A stretch of DNA of 64,000 nt, taken from contig JBBSWH010000005.1 in assembly GCA_038046385.1 (NCBI GenBank), positions 64,339 to 128,338 on the forward strand, given 5' to 3'. The position numbers and the translations under genes are program-made. This document shows, one piece after another, positions 25,643 to 35,124 of the stretch. A model generated the notes under the pieces. The model worked only from the letters and a program-made list of their open reading frames with translations. It ran no database searches and had not been told where the DNA came from. Origin of the DNA: Nanobdellota archaeon. Its GTDB lineage: Archaea > Nanobdellota > Nanobdellia > Woesearchaeales > GW2011-AR4. Numbering within the stretch: position 1 is the stretch's first letter; each line of letters starts with the position of its first letter.

Positions 25643-26353
25643 ATGATACAGAAAACGAAAGAAGAGTATTTGAAAGAACATAAGAATTGGGGCAGTATTA
25701 AACTTATCAATTTTCCCGAAAAGAATGAAAGATTGGCAGAGCTTGTCGGCATAATTCTTGGTGATGGTAACCTACATGTTTATACAAAAGGTAGTAATGT
25801 GGGAACTTATTCTTTAAGAATAGCTGGAAATTACATAAAAGATCATGAATATCTTACAAATTATGTGGCTAGTTTGTGCAAAGACTTGTTTATGGTTAAG
25901 CCTAGGACATACAAACAGCCAAATGTAAATTGCATTTATCTTATAATTGATGGTAGGCTAATTATAGATTTTTTAATTGAGATTGGATTAAAAAGCGGCA
26001 ACAAAATAAAAAGTCAAGTTACAATACCCGATTGGATTATGGAAAATAATGAATATCTTAAATCATGCATAAGGGGATTGATAGATACCGATGGCTGCGT
26101 TTATGAAATGCTGCCTCATTGGCCAGGCTTGTTCCAGATTAATTTTGAGAACAGAAACATAACTTTGTTGAGAGATACAAGAGAGGCTTTGATAAAGCTA
26201 GGCTATCACCCTTCTAAAATTTGTGGCAATAGAACGCAATTCGGAACTAAAATTTATATCTCTCGAAAGGAAGAAATCAAAAGATTTTATAAAGAGATTG
26301 GGTCTAGCAACGATAGGAATATAAAACAATTCACTAAAGTGTTTAACTCATAG
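25643..26353 (+). CDS. Free-standing LAGLIDADG homing-endonuclease-like protein
   Basis: Two LAGLIDADG motifs (LAELVGIILGDGNL; IRGLIDTDGCV). GGAGG SD 9 nt before the ATG at 25643. The stop overlaps tRNA-Gln by 2 nt. Confidence 0.8.
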   Translation: MIQKTKEEYLKEHKNWGSIKLINFPEKNERLAELVGIILGDGNLHVYTKGSNVGTYSLRIAGNYIKDHEYLTNYVASLCKDLFMVKPRTYKQPNVNCIYLIIDGRLIIDFLIEIGLKSGNKIKSQVTIPDWIMENNEYLKSCIRGLIDTDGCVYEMLPHWPGLFQINFENRNITLLRDTREALIKLGYHPSKICGNRTQFGTKIYISRKEEIKRFYKEIGSSNDRNIKQFTKVFNS

Positions 26354-26442
26354 CCCCGTAGTCTAGCGGTCACTTGAATAAAGCTGCAGAAGGATTCGGC
26401 CCTTTGGAGGCTGAGGCGGCAGTTCGAATCTGCCCGGGGCTA
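26352..26442 (+). tRNA. tRNA-Gln(UUG) with 18-nt D-loop insertion
   Basis: AGCCCCG-TA-GTCT-AGCGGTCA[26373-26390]AGGAT-T-CGGCC-CTTTGGA-GGCTG-AGGC-GGCAG-TTCGAAT-CTGCC-CGGGGCT-A. A1:U72 as in archaeal tRNA-Gln. Confidence 0.75.
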
Positions 26443-26506
26443 TATTTTAATTTTCTCTTGATTATGGGCAATACTTAGATATACCTTACCAATATTTCTC
26501 TAAACT

Positions 26507-26878
26507 ATGTCCGTTATAATCAAGAAATCAAAAATACAGGGGAAAGGTGTATTTGCTGGTTCTAACTTTAGAAAAGGAGATGTTGTGATGAAATGGGATG
26601 CTTCCATGATGTTAAGCAAAAAGGAAGCCAAAAAAGTACCTATTCGATATAGGAAATATCTTGTGCTTTACAAAGGGAAGTTTATAGTATCGCAGTCTCC
26701 TGAAAAATATCTTAATCATTCCTGTAATCCGAATACAAAGGAAGGAAATCTCTGCGATATTGCGATTAGAAGCATAAAAAGGGGAGAAGAACTTACAACA
26801 GACTATTCGATTGATGCTAAAGATTACCTTAAAATGAAGTGCAACTGCAAAAGTGAGAAGTGCAAGAAGATAGTGTGA
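26507..26878 (+). CDS. SET-domain methyltransferase (second copy, short)
   Basis: NHSCNPNT, ELTTDY, post-SET-like CNCKSEKC. Confidence 0.8.
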   Translation: MSVIIKKSKIQGKGVFAGSNFRKGDVVMKWDASMMLSKKEAKKVPIRYRKYLVLYKGKFIVSQSPEKYLNHSCNPNTKEGNLCDIAIRSIKRGEELTTDYSIDAKDYLKMKCNCKSEKCKKIV

Positions 26879-27051
26879 AATTTACAAATAGTGTAAATAT
26901 AAAAGAAGCTAAACGGTAACATTTACAAAGACTGGTTAATTATCCATTTACATGAAAAAGAAAAAAATGTTTCAAAGAATAATGGAAAAGATTGACAAAA
27001 ACCTGAAAGACAAGGCTAAAAAGAAAAGCTGCTGCAGCTGCAAGATGAAAG

Positions 27052-27966
27052 ATGCTGGAAAGAATAAGTGAAGTGTTCAATAGCGGCTTTTTTAGCTATT
27101 TTGTATATGAATCCCTCAAGATATTAATACTGCTGTTCTTAGTAATTTTTATCATAGGTTTTTTAAGGTCGTACATATCTGCAAAAAAGCTCAATTCCTG
27201 GCTTAAGGGAAAGAGCAAGATTGTTGCGCATTTTGTTGCGTCTATGTTCGGGGCAATAACCCCTTTCTGTTCATGCTCGTCAATCCCTATCTTTATGGGA
27301 TTCCTTGAAGCAAGGATGCCGCTTGGGATTGCATTTTCCTTCTTAGTTACTTCTCCTTTGGTAAATGAGTATCTCGTTGTCCTTATGCTGGCCCTTTTTG
27401 GAGTTAAAATAACCGTAATATATGTCCTTATCGGCATTCTTCTGGGAGTTGTTGCCGGAATTATACTCGGATGGATGAAACTTGAAAAATACCTTGTTAA
27501 AGATATTGCAGACAGGGCTCAAAAAATTGTTAAATTCAGAAATTTCAGGGAAAGGGTTGGCTTTGGATTTGGCGAGGCAAAAGATATAACAAAAAAGATT
27601 TTCCTGTGGGTTATTGTTGGAGTTTTCTTTGGAGCACTCATCCATAATGCAGTTCCTGAAGATTTTATCAGAACGGCAATAAGCAAGGCAGGAATTTTTG
27701 GGGTCCCTATTGCAACATTGCTTGGAGTTCCGATTTACGGCAGCAGCGCTGCAATGCTCCCGATTACATCTGGATTATACAATAAAGGAGTTCCTTTGGG
27801 GACTGCATTTGCCTTTATGATGGCAGTTTCTGCGCTTAGCTTTCCTGAAGCAGTCATACTGAGAAGAAGCATGAAACTGAAGCTAATAGCAATATTTTTC
27901 GGGATTGTTGCACTCGGAATTATTTTTGTCGGATATGCATTAAATTTTGTTCAGTGGATGGTATAG
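27052..27966 (+). CDS. COG0701-type permease
   Basis: Multi-TM protein with the characteristic TPFCSCSSIP motif. Confidence 0.7.
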   Translation: MLERISEVFNSGFFSYFVYESLKILILLFLVIFIIGFLRSYISAKKLNSWLKGKSKIVAHFVASMFGAITPFCSCSSIPIFMGFLEARMPLGIAFSFLVTSPLVNEYLVVLMLALFGVKITVIYVLIGILLGVVAGIILGWMKLEKYLVKDIADRAQKIVKFRNFRERVGFGFGEAKDITKKIFLWVIVGVFFGALIHNAVPEDFIRTAISKAGIFGVPIATLLGVPIYGSSAAMLPITSGLYNKGVPLGTAFAFMMAVSALSFPEAVILRRSMKLKLIAIFFGIVALGIIFVGYALNFVQWMV

Positions 27967-27993
27967 AAAAGCTTTTATTCTGCCTTAAACACC

Positions 27994-28764
27994 ATGCTAT
28001 TGGGGTGCATTGAAATGGTATGGACATATATTTTATTGGGCATTGCTGCAGTTATAGTATTAAGTTCTATAAAGATAATCGACCAGTTTGAAAAGGGAGT
28101 TGTTCTTACTTTGGGAAAGTTCAGCGGAATGAGAGGGCCGGGATTTAATCTTGTTGTTCCGATAATACAAAGAATCGTTATTGTTGACTTGAGAATAAGG
28201 ACGATTGACATTGAAAAGCAGCAGGTTATGACAAAAGATAACGTGCCTGTTAATGTTAACGGAGTTGTGTTCTTTAAAGTTGCAAAGGTTGATGATGCTG
28301 TCCTGAAGATACAGGATTATGAATATTCTTTGTCGCAGTATGCGCAGACTGCACTTAGAGATGTTGTCGGCGGAATGAGCCTGGATATGGTTTTGACTGA
28401 AAGGCAAAAGATAGGTGAAGAGATAAGCAAGATTGTTGACAAAGAAACTGACCAGTGGGGTTTGGACATTCAAACCATAAAATTGCAGGATGTTGAAGTT
28501 CCTGATGACTTGAAAAGAATTATGTCAAGGCAGGCTGCTGCTGAAAGAGAAAAGAGAGCTGTAATTATCAAATCAGAAGGTGACAGGGATGCTGCAAAGA
28601 ATCTTGCTCAGGCTGCAACAACAATGGGAAGAGCAAAAGGCGCGATGCAATTACGAACGCTGCAGACGCTTGACGGGCTTGGACCGACTGCTTCCAACAC
28701 TGTTGTGATGGCACTTCCGGTTGAAGTGATGGAAATGTTTCAGAAGCTGGCGAAGAAGAAGTGA
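27994..28764 (+). CDS. SPFH/band-7 (stomatin/prohibitin) protein
   Basis: N-terminal TM helix, SPFH core, and RQAAAEREKRA coiled region. Confidence 0.9.
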   Translation: MLLGCIEMVWTYILLGIAAVIVLSSIKIIDQFEKGVVLTLGKFSGMRGPGFNLVVPIIQRIVIVDLRIRTIDIEKQQVMTKDNVPVNVNGVVFFKVAKVDDAVLKIQDYEYSLSQYAQTALRDVVGGMSLDMVLTERQKIGEEISKIVDKETDQWGLDIQTIKLQDVEVPDDLKRIMSRQAAAEREKRAVIIKSEGDRDAAKNLAQAATTMGRAKGAMQLRTLQTLDGLGPTASNTVVMALPVEVMEMFQKLAKKK

Positions 28765-28983
28765 GTGAAATATAAAATAATGGGAAAAGAAATTAAACTT
28801 AACGACAATCAGGTTTGGACAGGGGTAGTTGGAGGAGTTATCGCTGGTATGATTTTAATAATTTCAGACTCCTTTGGAGAAATGTTTTCAGGAGGAATAA
28901 AAATTATTATAAAATTAGGATTAGCAATAGTAATAACAATGGTTTTAATGGTGTTGTACCTTAAACCAAAAAATAAAAATTAG
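28765..28983 (+). CDS. Small membrane protein downstream of the SPFH gene
   Basis: Two hydrophobic helices. Start uncertain; an ATG at 28780 is possible. Confidence 0.4.
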   Translation: MKYKIMGKEIKLNDNQVWTGVVGGVIAGMILIISDSFGEMFSGGIKIIIKLGLAIVITMVLMVLYLKPKNKN

Positions 28984-29130
28984 AATATACAGAATTCACT
29001 CAACAACAACCTTTTTAAACCCTATAATTATCCCATATAGTATAACAAAGATAGCTCGGTGAAAGCTTGGCTATACTGGGTAGAAAGTGATTTCTCCCTA
29101 ATATTAACTAAAACAACACGAGGTTGAACT

Positions 29131-29586
29131 ATGGCAAGAATGTATTCAAGGAAGCACGGAAAGTCAGGGTCAAAGAAGCCTGCAAAGAAGGTAAATCCGT
29201 CATGGACAAGATACAAGGGAAAGGAAGTTGAGCTTCTTATCGGAAAGCTTTACAAGGAAGGAAAGCCAGCATCACAGATTGGACTATTATTAAGAGATAC
29301 TTACGGAATACCAAGCGTAAGAACACTGTGCGGCAAGTCAATTCACGCAATTCTTGAGGAAAAGAAAATGGTTGCTGAAATTCCTGAAGATTTACAGGCT
29401 ATGTTCAAGAAATACGCGCTTGTGAAGAAGCACATTGTCACAAACAAGAAAGACCAGACTGCTGCTAGAGGATTAAACATAACAGCCTCAAAAATAAACA
29501 AGCTTGTAAAATATTACAAGAGAAAAGGCAGAATGGCAGAGACGTGGAAGTTCGACGCTGACAGAATGGGATTCTTCGCGGAATAA
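29131..29586 (+). CDS. rps15: Ribosomal protein uS15 (S15/S13e)
   Basis: MARMYSRKHGKSGSKKP N-terminus; archaeal length. Confidence 0.9.
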   Translation: MARMYSRKHGKSGSKKPAKKVNPSWTRYKGKEVELLIGKLYKEGKPASQIGLLLRDTYGIPSVRTLCGKSIHAILEEKKMVAEIPEDLQAMFKKYALVKKHIVTNKKDQTAARGLNITASKINKLVKYYKRKGRMAETWKFDADRMGFFAE

Positions 29587-29611
29587 ATTCCGCTTTTTTT
29601 TATTTTTTACC

Positions 29612-30088
29612 ATGTCAAGATCAAAGGCAAGTGAACATGGAAAATATTTAAGATTGGCTTACTTTAGAAGCATAGACGGCGCTGTGACCCATTCAGGCAT
29701 GGTAAATGATGGCAATTTTGAAGGCTTGCCGCAAGAATTCTTTGCCCAGTTGTCTGAAAAAGGATTTGGATTCAGAAGCCTTGACGGCCAGCTTTATTCT
29801 GGGTTGGGCACACAAAGAATGTTTGATGAAGTTGCGTCTGTCCCTTCTGCTTCAATAGGCGGCCTTGAAGTCAGGACAATAAATGGGTTTAACATATTCC
29901 ATAGCCAAAAAAATGATGCGACTTTGATTGTGATAACCAAAGATGGAGTGAATTATGTGCTGCTAAATGCAGATTTCGGGCACGGGCCAGAGACTTGCGC
30001 AGTCATGGCAGACAAGCCTACTTATTCACAACCACTTTTGCTTCATCAGGTTTTGAAAAGAGTATATAACTCAAAAACTAAGAGTTAG
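29612..30088 (+). CDS. Hypothetical protein
   Basis: 158-aa ORF; no motif recognised. Confidence 0.45.
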   Translation: MSRSKASEHGKYLRLAYFRSIDGAVTHSGMVNDGNFEGLPQEFFAQLSEKGFGFRSLDGQLYSGLGTQRMFDEVASVPSASIGGLEVRTINGFNIFHSQKNDATLIVITKDGVNYVLLNADFGHGPETCAVMADKPTYSQPLLLHQVLKRVYNSKTKS

Positions 30089-30746
30089 CCATTTCCTTTA
30101 TTTTTCCGTATTCTTTCAAACTTGATAACGTCAAATCTGCTGTTTTTTGAAGCTCCTGCAAAGTGCAGCTTCCGGTTGCGACTCCAACAGCAAATGCGCC
30201 TGATTTTTTTGCAGCTTCGATGTCATATGCAGTATCTCCAATGACAATAATTTTTCCGAAATCGTATTTCATTGATTTTGCCCGTTCTATTGCTCTTTGG
30301 ACTATCTGAGCCCTTGTGCTTAATCCGTCGTCAAAGCTCGAAACGTCAAAATATTTTGACAATCCGGATTTTTCGAGTATGAGCCTTGCAATTCCTTCCA
30401 TGTTGCCGGAAACAACGCCTGCAAAATGGCCTGCTGAGCGGATTGCTTCAAGAAAATCAAGAACGCCTTCAAGCGGCTCCACAGGGTGCTGGCCAAGCAC
30501 TTTTGCAAAGTTAGAAGGATGAAGCTGCATCAGCCTCTGTGCAACTGCGTTGTCATAATTAATGCTTAATTCCCTGAAAATCTGCCTGTGCATGCTTGAG
30601 TCAGGCATGCCGAATGTCTTTGTTATCATATAGTCTGGCACGTTTATTTTCATAACGTCGTAATAATCGTACTTGTATGAAGCAAGATGCAGCTTGTTTA
30701 TGTTCACAAGCGTTCCGTCAATGTCGAATAAGTAAAGGGTTTTCAT
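30078..30746 (-). CDS. HAD-superfamily phosphatase
   Basis: LFDIDGTLV (DxDxT), SGN, GDTAYD. 1-nt gap to ispH. Confidence 0.8.
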   Translation of the reverse strand: MKTLYLFDIDGTLVNINKLHLASYKYDYYDVMKINVPDYMITKTFGMPDSSMHRQIFRELSINYDNAVAQRLMQLHPSNFAKVLGQHPVEPLEGVLDFLEAIRSAGHFAGVVSGNMEGIARLILEKSGLSKYFDVSSFDDGLSTRAQIVQRAIERAKSMKYDFGKIIVIGDTAYDIEAAKKSGAFAVGVATGSCTLQELQKTADLTLSSLKEYGKIKEMANS

Positions 30747-30747
30747 T

Positions 30748-31677
30748 TTAAGAATTTGTTATTTCTTTTATTCTTTCAACAACTTCATCAATAAGATAAT
30801 CCGGTGTTGATGCGCCTGCTGTGACTCCGATTTTTTCTTTTCTGGCAAACCATCCTTTCTGCAATTGGCCTTGAGACTGGATGAAATAAGACTGGACGCC
30901 GAACTCTTTGCATTTTGTATGGAGTTCTTTTGAATTTGAAGAATTCAAGCCGCCGATTACAATTACAACGTCGCTTTCCTTGGCAAGGTCTTCTGTATCT
31001 GATTGCCTTTGTTTTGTGGGATTGCATATTGTGTCAACCCATGCGTATTTTGCATTTGTTTCCTTCATGCTCAAAGGGATATTCTCAAACTTTCCGCTTT
31101 TCATCTTTGAGTTTGTTTCATCAATCAGCTTCTTGTAGCCGTAGACCGACATTGTTGTCTGCGATATTATAGCATACTTGCCGTATTCTGCCTTATTGAT
31201 GAAATCAACAATCCTGTCAGAGTCTTCTGCATGCTCCACAATGAATGTGTCTTTGCCTTTTAGATGATAAGATGTGCCGATTGATTCCGGATGGTCGTGC
31301 TTTCCAAAGATTATGACTTCGTAGCCTGCATTCTTCAATTTTATTGCAACATTATGCACCAAAGTGACTAGAGGGCAGGTTGCATCGTTCAGGTTATTGC
31401 TTTTAGTAATTGATTTCTGCTCAAGAATCTGGTAAGTTGTTCCTGGTTCGCCATGAGCTCTAAGAACAGTGACTGCGTTTTGGGGGATTTCGCTTATGCT
31501 GTCAACAAAAACAATTCCCTTGCCTTCAAGGTCGTTGATAACCCTTTCATTGTGCACAAGCTGGCCAAGAACATATGTTTTTTCTGTATTTTTTCCTGCA
31601 ACTTCCTCTGCAATCTCTATTGCTTTCTTCACTCCAAAACAGAAGCCTGCGTGCTTTGCTACTTTTATGGTTGGCAT
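30748..31677 (-). CDS. ispH: 4-hydroxy-3-methylbut-2-enyl diphosphate reductase
   Basis: HAGFCFGV, LVHN, TICNPT motifs. Confidence 0.9.
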   Translation of the reverse strand: MPTIKVAKHAGFCFGVKKAIEIAEEVAGKNTEKTYVLGQLVHNERVINDLEGKGIVFVDSISEIPQNAVTVLRAHGEPGTTYQILEQKSITKSNNLNDATCPLVTLVHNVAIKLKNAGYEVIIFGKHDHPESIGTSYHLKGKDTFIVEHAEDSDRIVDFINKAEYGKYAIISQTTMSVYGYKKLIDETNSKMKSGKFENIPLSMKETNAKYAWVDTICNPTKQRQSDTEDLAKESDVVIVIGGLNSSNSKELHTKCKEFGVQSYFIQSQGQLQKGWFARKEKIGVTAGASTPDYLIDEVVERIKEITNS

Positions 31678-31807
31678 TTTTTATTTAGGGTTTAATTTTA
31701 AATTATTTTATTATATTTTTATTATTTTGATATTTTTTAGTTTATTGAATTTTTTTATTTATTGATATTCGTTAATGTGTTATTAATTTGTTTTATTAAA
31801 AATTTAT

Positions 31808-31859
31808 TTCCGTCCTTCGGACAAACTCTTGTGCTCGCTGGCACCATAACCAGCTCGCC
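31808..31859 (+). repeat. Two-hairpin intergenic repeat, copy R2
   Basis: TTCCGT + GTCC-TTC-GGAC + ACA..GCTC-GCTGG-CACCATAA-CCAGC-TCGC. The 26 nt at 31833-31858 are identical to 36249-36274. Confidence 0.75.
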
Positions 31860-31895
31860 AAATATTATAATATGCACCCACCCCTGAATGCTTAA

Positions 31896-32744
31896 CTATA
31901 CTGTTTTTGTCAAGAAGACAAATGGATAATCGTACTGCATCTTGAAAAATGCTTCCCTTGCCTCGTAAATGCTGTTGAAAATTGCAAAAACTGTCGGGCC
32001 TGAGCCGGAAACGCATGCGTTTAATGCATCGTTTCTCATCAAATTTGATTTTATGTCGTTTAGCGCCTTGTATTTTTTTGTTACAATAGTGTCAAAATCA
32101 TTATGGAGGTTTTTTGCGATTGCCTTTATGTCCTTCCTTTCCATTGCCTTAATAAGCTCATTTATATCTGCGTTAGTTTTTATTTTAGGCTTCTCCTTGT
32201 CAAATGCAGCATAAGCCCATTTTGTAGAAACACGGAATCCTGGATTTATGAGAACGATGTTGATGCTGAAAGCCTTTTTTATTCTTTTTATCTTGTCGCC
32301 AATGCCCTCAACCAATGCAGCCTGGTCTTCAATAAAAAATGGAACATCTGAGCCAATATGAGATGCTATGTCTATGAGCTGTTTTTCCTTCAGTTTAAGG
32401 CTCCACATTTTATTAAGATGCATCAGGGCAGTTGCTGCGTTGCTTGACCCTCCGCCAAGGCCGGCTTCAAGCGGTATGTTTTTCTCGAGAAATATCTTGA
32501 CACCGTGTTTTACCTTGTATTTTTTCTTTAAAATTATAGCTGCCTTGTAAGCAAGGTTTTCTTCGCTTGCCAGCTCCGGGCTGGTGCTTTCTATTATAAC
32601 TCTGTCTTCGTTTATCGGCTCAAAATGGATTGTATCGCTCAATTCGATGCGCTGCATTACAGACTGTATGTTATGGTATCCAGAGCCAAGCCTTTTGCCT
32701 ATCTTGAGGAAAAGGTTGATTTTTGCATAGGAATTGATTGCCAT
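31896..32744 (-). CDS. ispE: 4-diphosphocytidyl-2-C-methyl-D-erythritol kinase
   Basis: AKINLFL, GLGGGSSNAA GHMP motif. Confidence 0.9.
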   Translation of the reverse strand: MAINSYAKINLFLKIGKRLGSGYHNIQSVMQRIELSDTIHFEPINEDRVIIESTSPELASEENLAYKAAIILKKKYKVKHGVKIFLEKNIPLEAGLGGGSSNAATALMHLNKMWSLKLKEKQLIDIASHIGSDVPFFIEDQAALVEGIGDKIKRIKKAFSINIVLINPGFRVSTKWAYAAFDKEKPKIKTNADINELIKAMERKDIKAIAKNLHNDFDTIVTKKYKALNDIKSNLMRNDALNACVSGSGPTVFAIFNSIYEAREAFFKMQYDYPFVFLTKTV

Positions 32745-32809
32745 ATAGGTCTGGATGCCTTTTTCCTATATTAATATTTGCTAATTTAAAGTGCCATAAT
32801 AAGCAATTT

Positions 32810-33955
32810 TTAGCTCAAGCTGACTGTAACAAAGCACTGCATGCCCTTGCCAAGTCCAAAAGAGCTTAATCTTTCCCCTGAAGTATAAGAAATCCCTATT
32901 TTGCCTTCATTTAAGCCTAAGATTTTTGACAATGATGATTTTATCTTTTCTGTATGCGGCTCAAGCTTTGGTTTTCCTGCCTCTATCATTATGCTTATAT
33001 TGTTTATTGACAGATTCTTCTGCTTCATTTTTTCCAGAATGGCTTCAAGATATTTTTTGCTGTCGGTTATTCCTTTTTTGAACATGCTGTCTGCATAATA
33101 ACCAAGTCCCCTTTCTCCAATTGCAGAGCTTATTGCATTAAAGAGTGCATGCAGGATGATATCTCCATCTGAATTTGCCTCGAATCCGGGTTCGTTTATT
33201 TTATATCCGCCAAGAACCAGTTTTTTGTTTTTATTACTTGTGAAATGATGGCTGTCCTGGCCAAATCCAATTCTGAAATCTGACATTATTTTTTTTGCCA
33301 TGGCAAAATCATTCGGAGTAGTAATCTTGAAATTTTCATAGGAACATTCAACGATTTTTACTTTTTTGTTGAGAGCTTCAACAAGCGATACGTCGTCTGT
33401 TGCAATTATTTTTTTGTTTCTTGCGTTCTTGTATGCTTCTGTAAATAACCCATATTGGATACACTGCGGAGTCTGCATCTGCCAGACATCTTTTCTGCTG
33501 ATTGTCTCTGATGCAAAATTGCCTTTTGTTCTTTTGATTGTGTCCTTTAATCTGAATGCTGCTGCAGACGCTCCGTGTTTTTTTGCAGCTGCAATGCAAT
33601 TTTTTATCTCTTCATCTTTTACAAGGGGATTGCTGCCGTTATGCACGAGAATTATATCTCTGCTTTTGGCTTTTTTTATCGACATTAATCCGTTATAGAC
33701 TGAATCCTGGCGCTCTTTTCCGCCTTCAACTATATTTTTTATTTTGCCGAGAGTATGCTGTTTTTTTATTTCATTTATTTTTTTGAAATTGATTTTTTGA
33801 GAAACTACGGCTATTTCATCTATTGCGCTGCAGCTCTGGAATTTTTCCAGTGTATGCGCAAGTATCGGCTTATTGTTTATCTCGAGAAAAACTTTATTTG
33901 TGTTGCTGTTCATTCGCTTTCCTTTTCCTGCTGCGACGATTATTGCGAAGTTCAT
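32810..33955 (-). CDS. ispDF: Bifunctional IspD cytidylyltransferase / IspF cyclodiphosphate synthase
   Basis: N-domain IIVAAGKGKRM. C-domain GFGQDSHHF..NSDGDIILHAL. Confidence 0.9.
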   Translation of the reverse strand: MNFAIIVAAGKGKRMNSNTNKVFLEINNKPILAHTLEKFQSCSAIDEIAVVSQKINFKKINEIKKQHTLGKIKNIVEGGKERQDSVYNGLMSIKKAKSRDIILVHNGSNPLVKDEEIKNCIAAAKKHGASAAAFRLKDTIKRTKGNFASETISRKDVWQMQTPQCIQYGLFTEAYKNARNKKIIATDDVSLVEALNKKVKIVECSYENFKITTPNDFAMAKKIMSDFRIGFGQDSHHFTSNKNKKLVLGGYKINEPGFEANSDGDIILHALFNAISSAIGERGLGYYADSMFKKGITDSKKYLEAILEKMKQKNLSINNISIMIEAGKPKLEPHTEKIKSSLSKILGLNEGKIGISYTSGERLSSFGLGKGMQCFVTVSLS

Positions 33956-33963
33956 TTTAGAGA

Positions 33964-35124
33964 TTAATTTTTTATTTGTATTTCTTCTTCAATTGTTTTT
34001 TTTGTTTCTTCCTTTGTTTTTCTGTCCGTTTCCAGTATATCCTTCAGGCTTGGATTTTTTATAGTATTGTGACTGTCCATTGCTTTTTTTATCAGCCTTG
34101 CAATGTCCAAAAACTTTATTTTGTTATCAAGAAATGCATGAACTGCTATTTCATTTGCGGCGTTCATCACGCAAGGCAAAGTTCCTCCGATGTTTCCTGC
34201 TTCGTATGCATATTTTAAGCACGGAAATCTTTCCAAATCTGGCTCCCAGAATTCCAAATTTTTTATCTCTTCCAAATTCAATGATTTCTGCATGCTTGAA
34301 AATCTTTTTGGATATGACAATGCATACTGTATCGGGGTTTTCATGTCCGGCATTCCCAATTGCGCAATTACGGACTTGTCATGAAACTCTACAAGGGAAT
34401 GTATTATGCTCTGCGGATGAATTACAACTTTTATTTTATCGTATTCTATATTGTAAAGCCAGTGCGCTTCAATAACTTCAAATCCCTTATTCATCCACGT
34501 CGCACTATCAATTGTGATTTTTGCGCCCATGCTCCAAGTAGGGTGCTTTAATGCATCTTTTGCATTCACATTTTCCAACTGCTCTTTTGTATGTTTTTTG
34601 AAAGGGCCTCCGGAACATGTGATTGTTATTTTCTCAACTTCATTTATTCTTTCTCCATTTAAGCACTGGAAGATTGCAGAATGTTCAGAATCAATCGGCA
34701 TCAAATTAATTTGATTTTTTTTTGCTTCCCCCATTATTATCGAGCCTGCTGCCACCAACGTTTCTTTGTTTGCCAGTGCAATATTCTTCTTTGCCCTTAT
34801 TGCGTTGTACGTCGGCTCAACTCCAATCGATCCTACAAGAGAGTTTATGACTGTGTCTGCTTCCTGCATTGTGGCTATCTTGTTCAATCCCTCAATCCCC
34901 GAATAAACTTGGCACGGAGAGAAGTTAAGCAAATCATCAACCTTGCTTTTGTCCATTATCGCAACTGCTTTTGGCTTAAACTCTTTTATCTGTTTCAGAA
35001 GAAGCTCATGGTTTTTGTTTGATGATAATCCAACAATTTTGAATTCATTCGGGAATTGCCTTACAATATCCAGAGTTTGAGTGCCGATGCTTCCGGTTGA
35101 TCCTAAAATAGAAATGTGTTTCAT
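33964..35124 (-). CDS. dxr: 1-deoxy-D-xylulose 5-phosphate reductoisomerase
   Basis: ILGSTGSIGTQTLD, LANKE, DSEHSAIFQC. Confidence 0.9.
   Translation of the reverse strand: MKHISILGSTGSIGTQTLDIVRQFPNEFKIVGLSSNKNHELLLKQIKEFKPKAVAIMDKSKVDDLLNFSPCQVYSGIEGLNKIATMQEADTVINSLVGSIGVEPTYNAIRAKKNIALANKETLVAAGSIIMGEAKKNQINLMPIDSEHSAIFQCLNGERINEVEKITITCSGGPFKKHTKEQLENVNAKDALKHPTWSMGAKITIDSATWMNKGFEVIEAHWLYNIEYDKIKVVIHPQSIIHSLVEFHDKSVIAQLGMPDMKTPIQYALSYPKRFSSMQKSLNLEEIKNLEFWEPDLERFPCLKYAYEAGNIGGTLPCVMNAANEIAVHAFLDNKIKFLDIARLIKKAMDSHNTIKNPSLKDILETDRKTKEETKKTIEEEIQIKN

Noticed and set aside
26952-27071. 39-codon Lys/Cys-rich ORF (..KKKSCCSCKMK..) overlapping the start of the COG0701 permease.
   Set aside because: There is no SD, the sequence is low-complexity Lys-rich in AT-rich DNA, and there is nothing to support translation.
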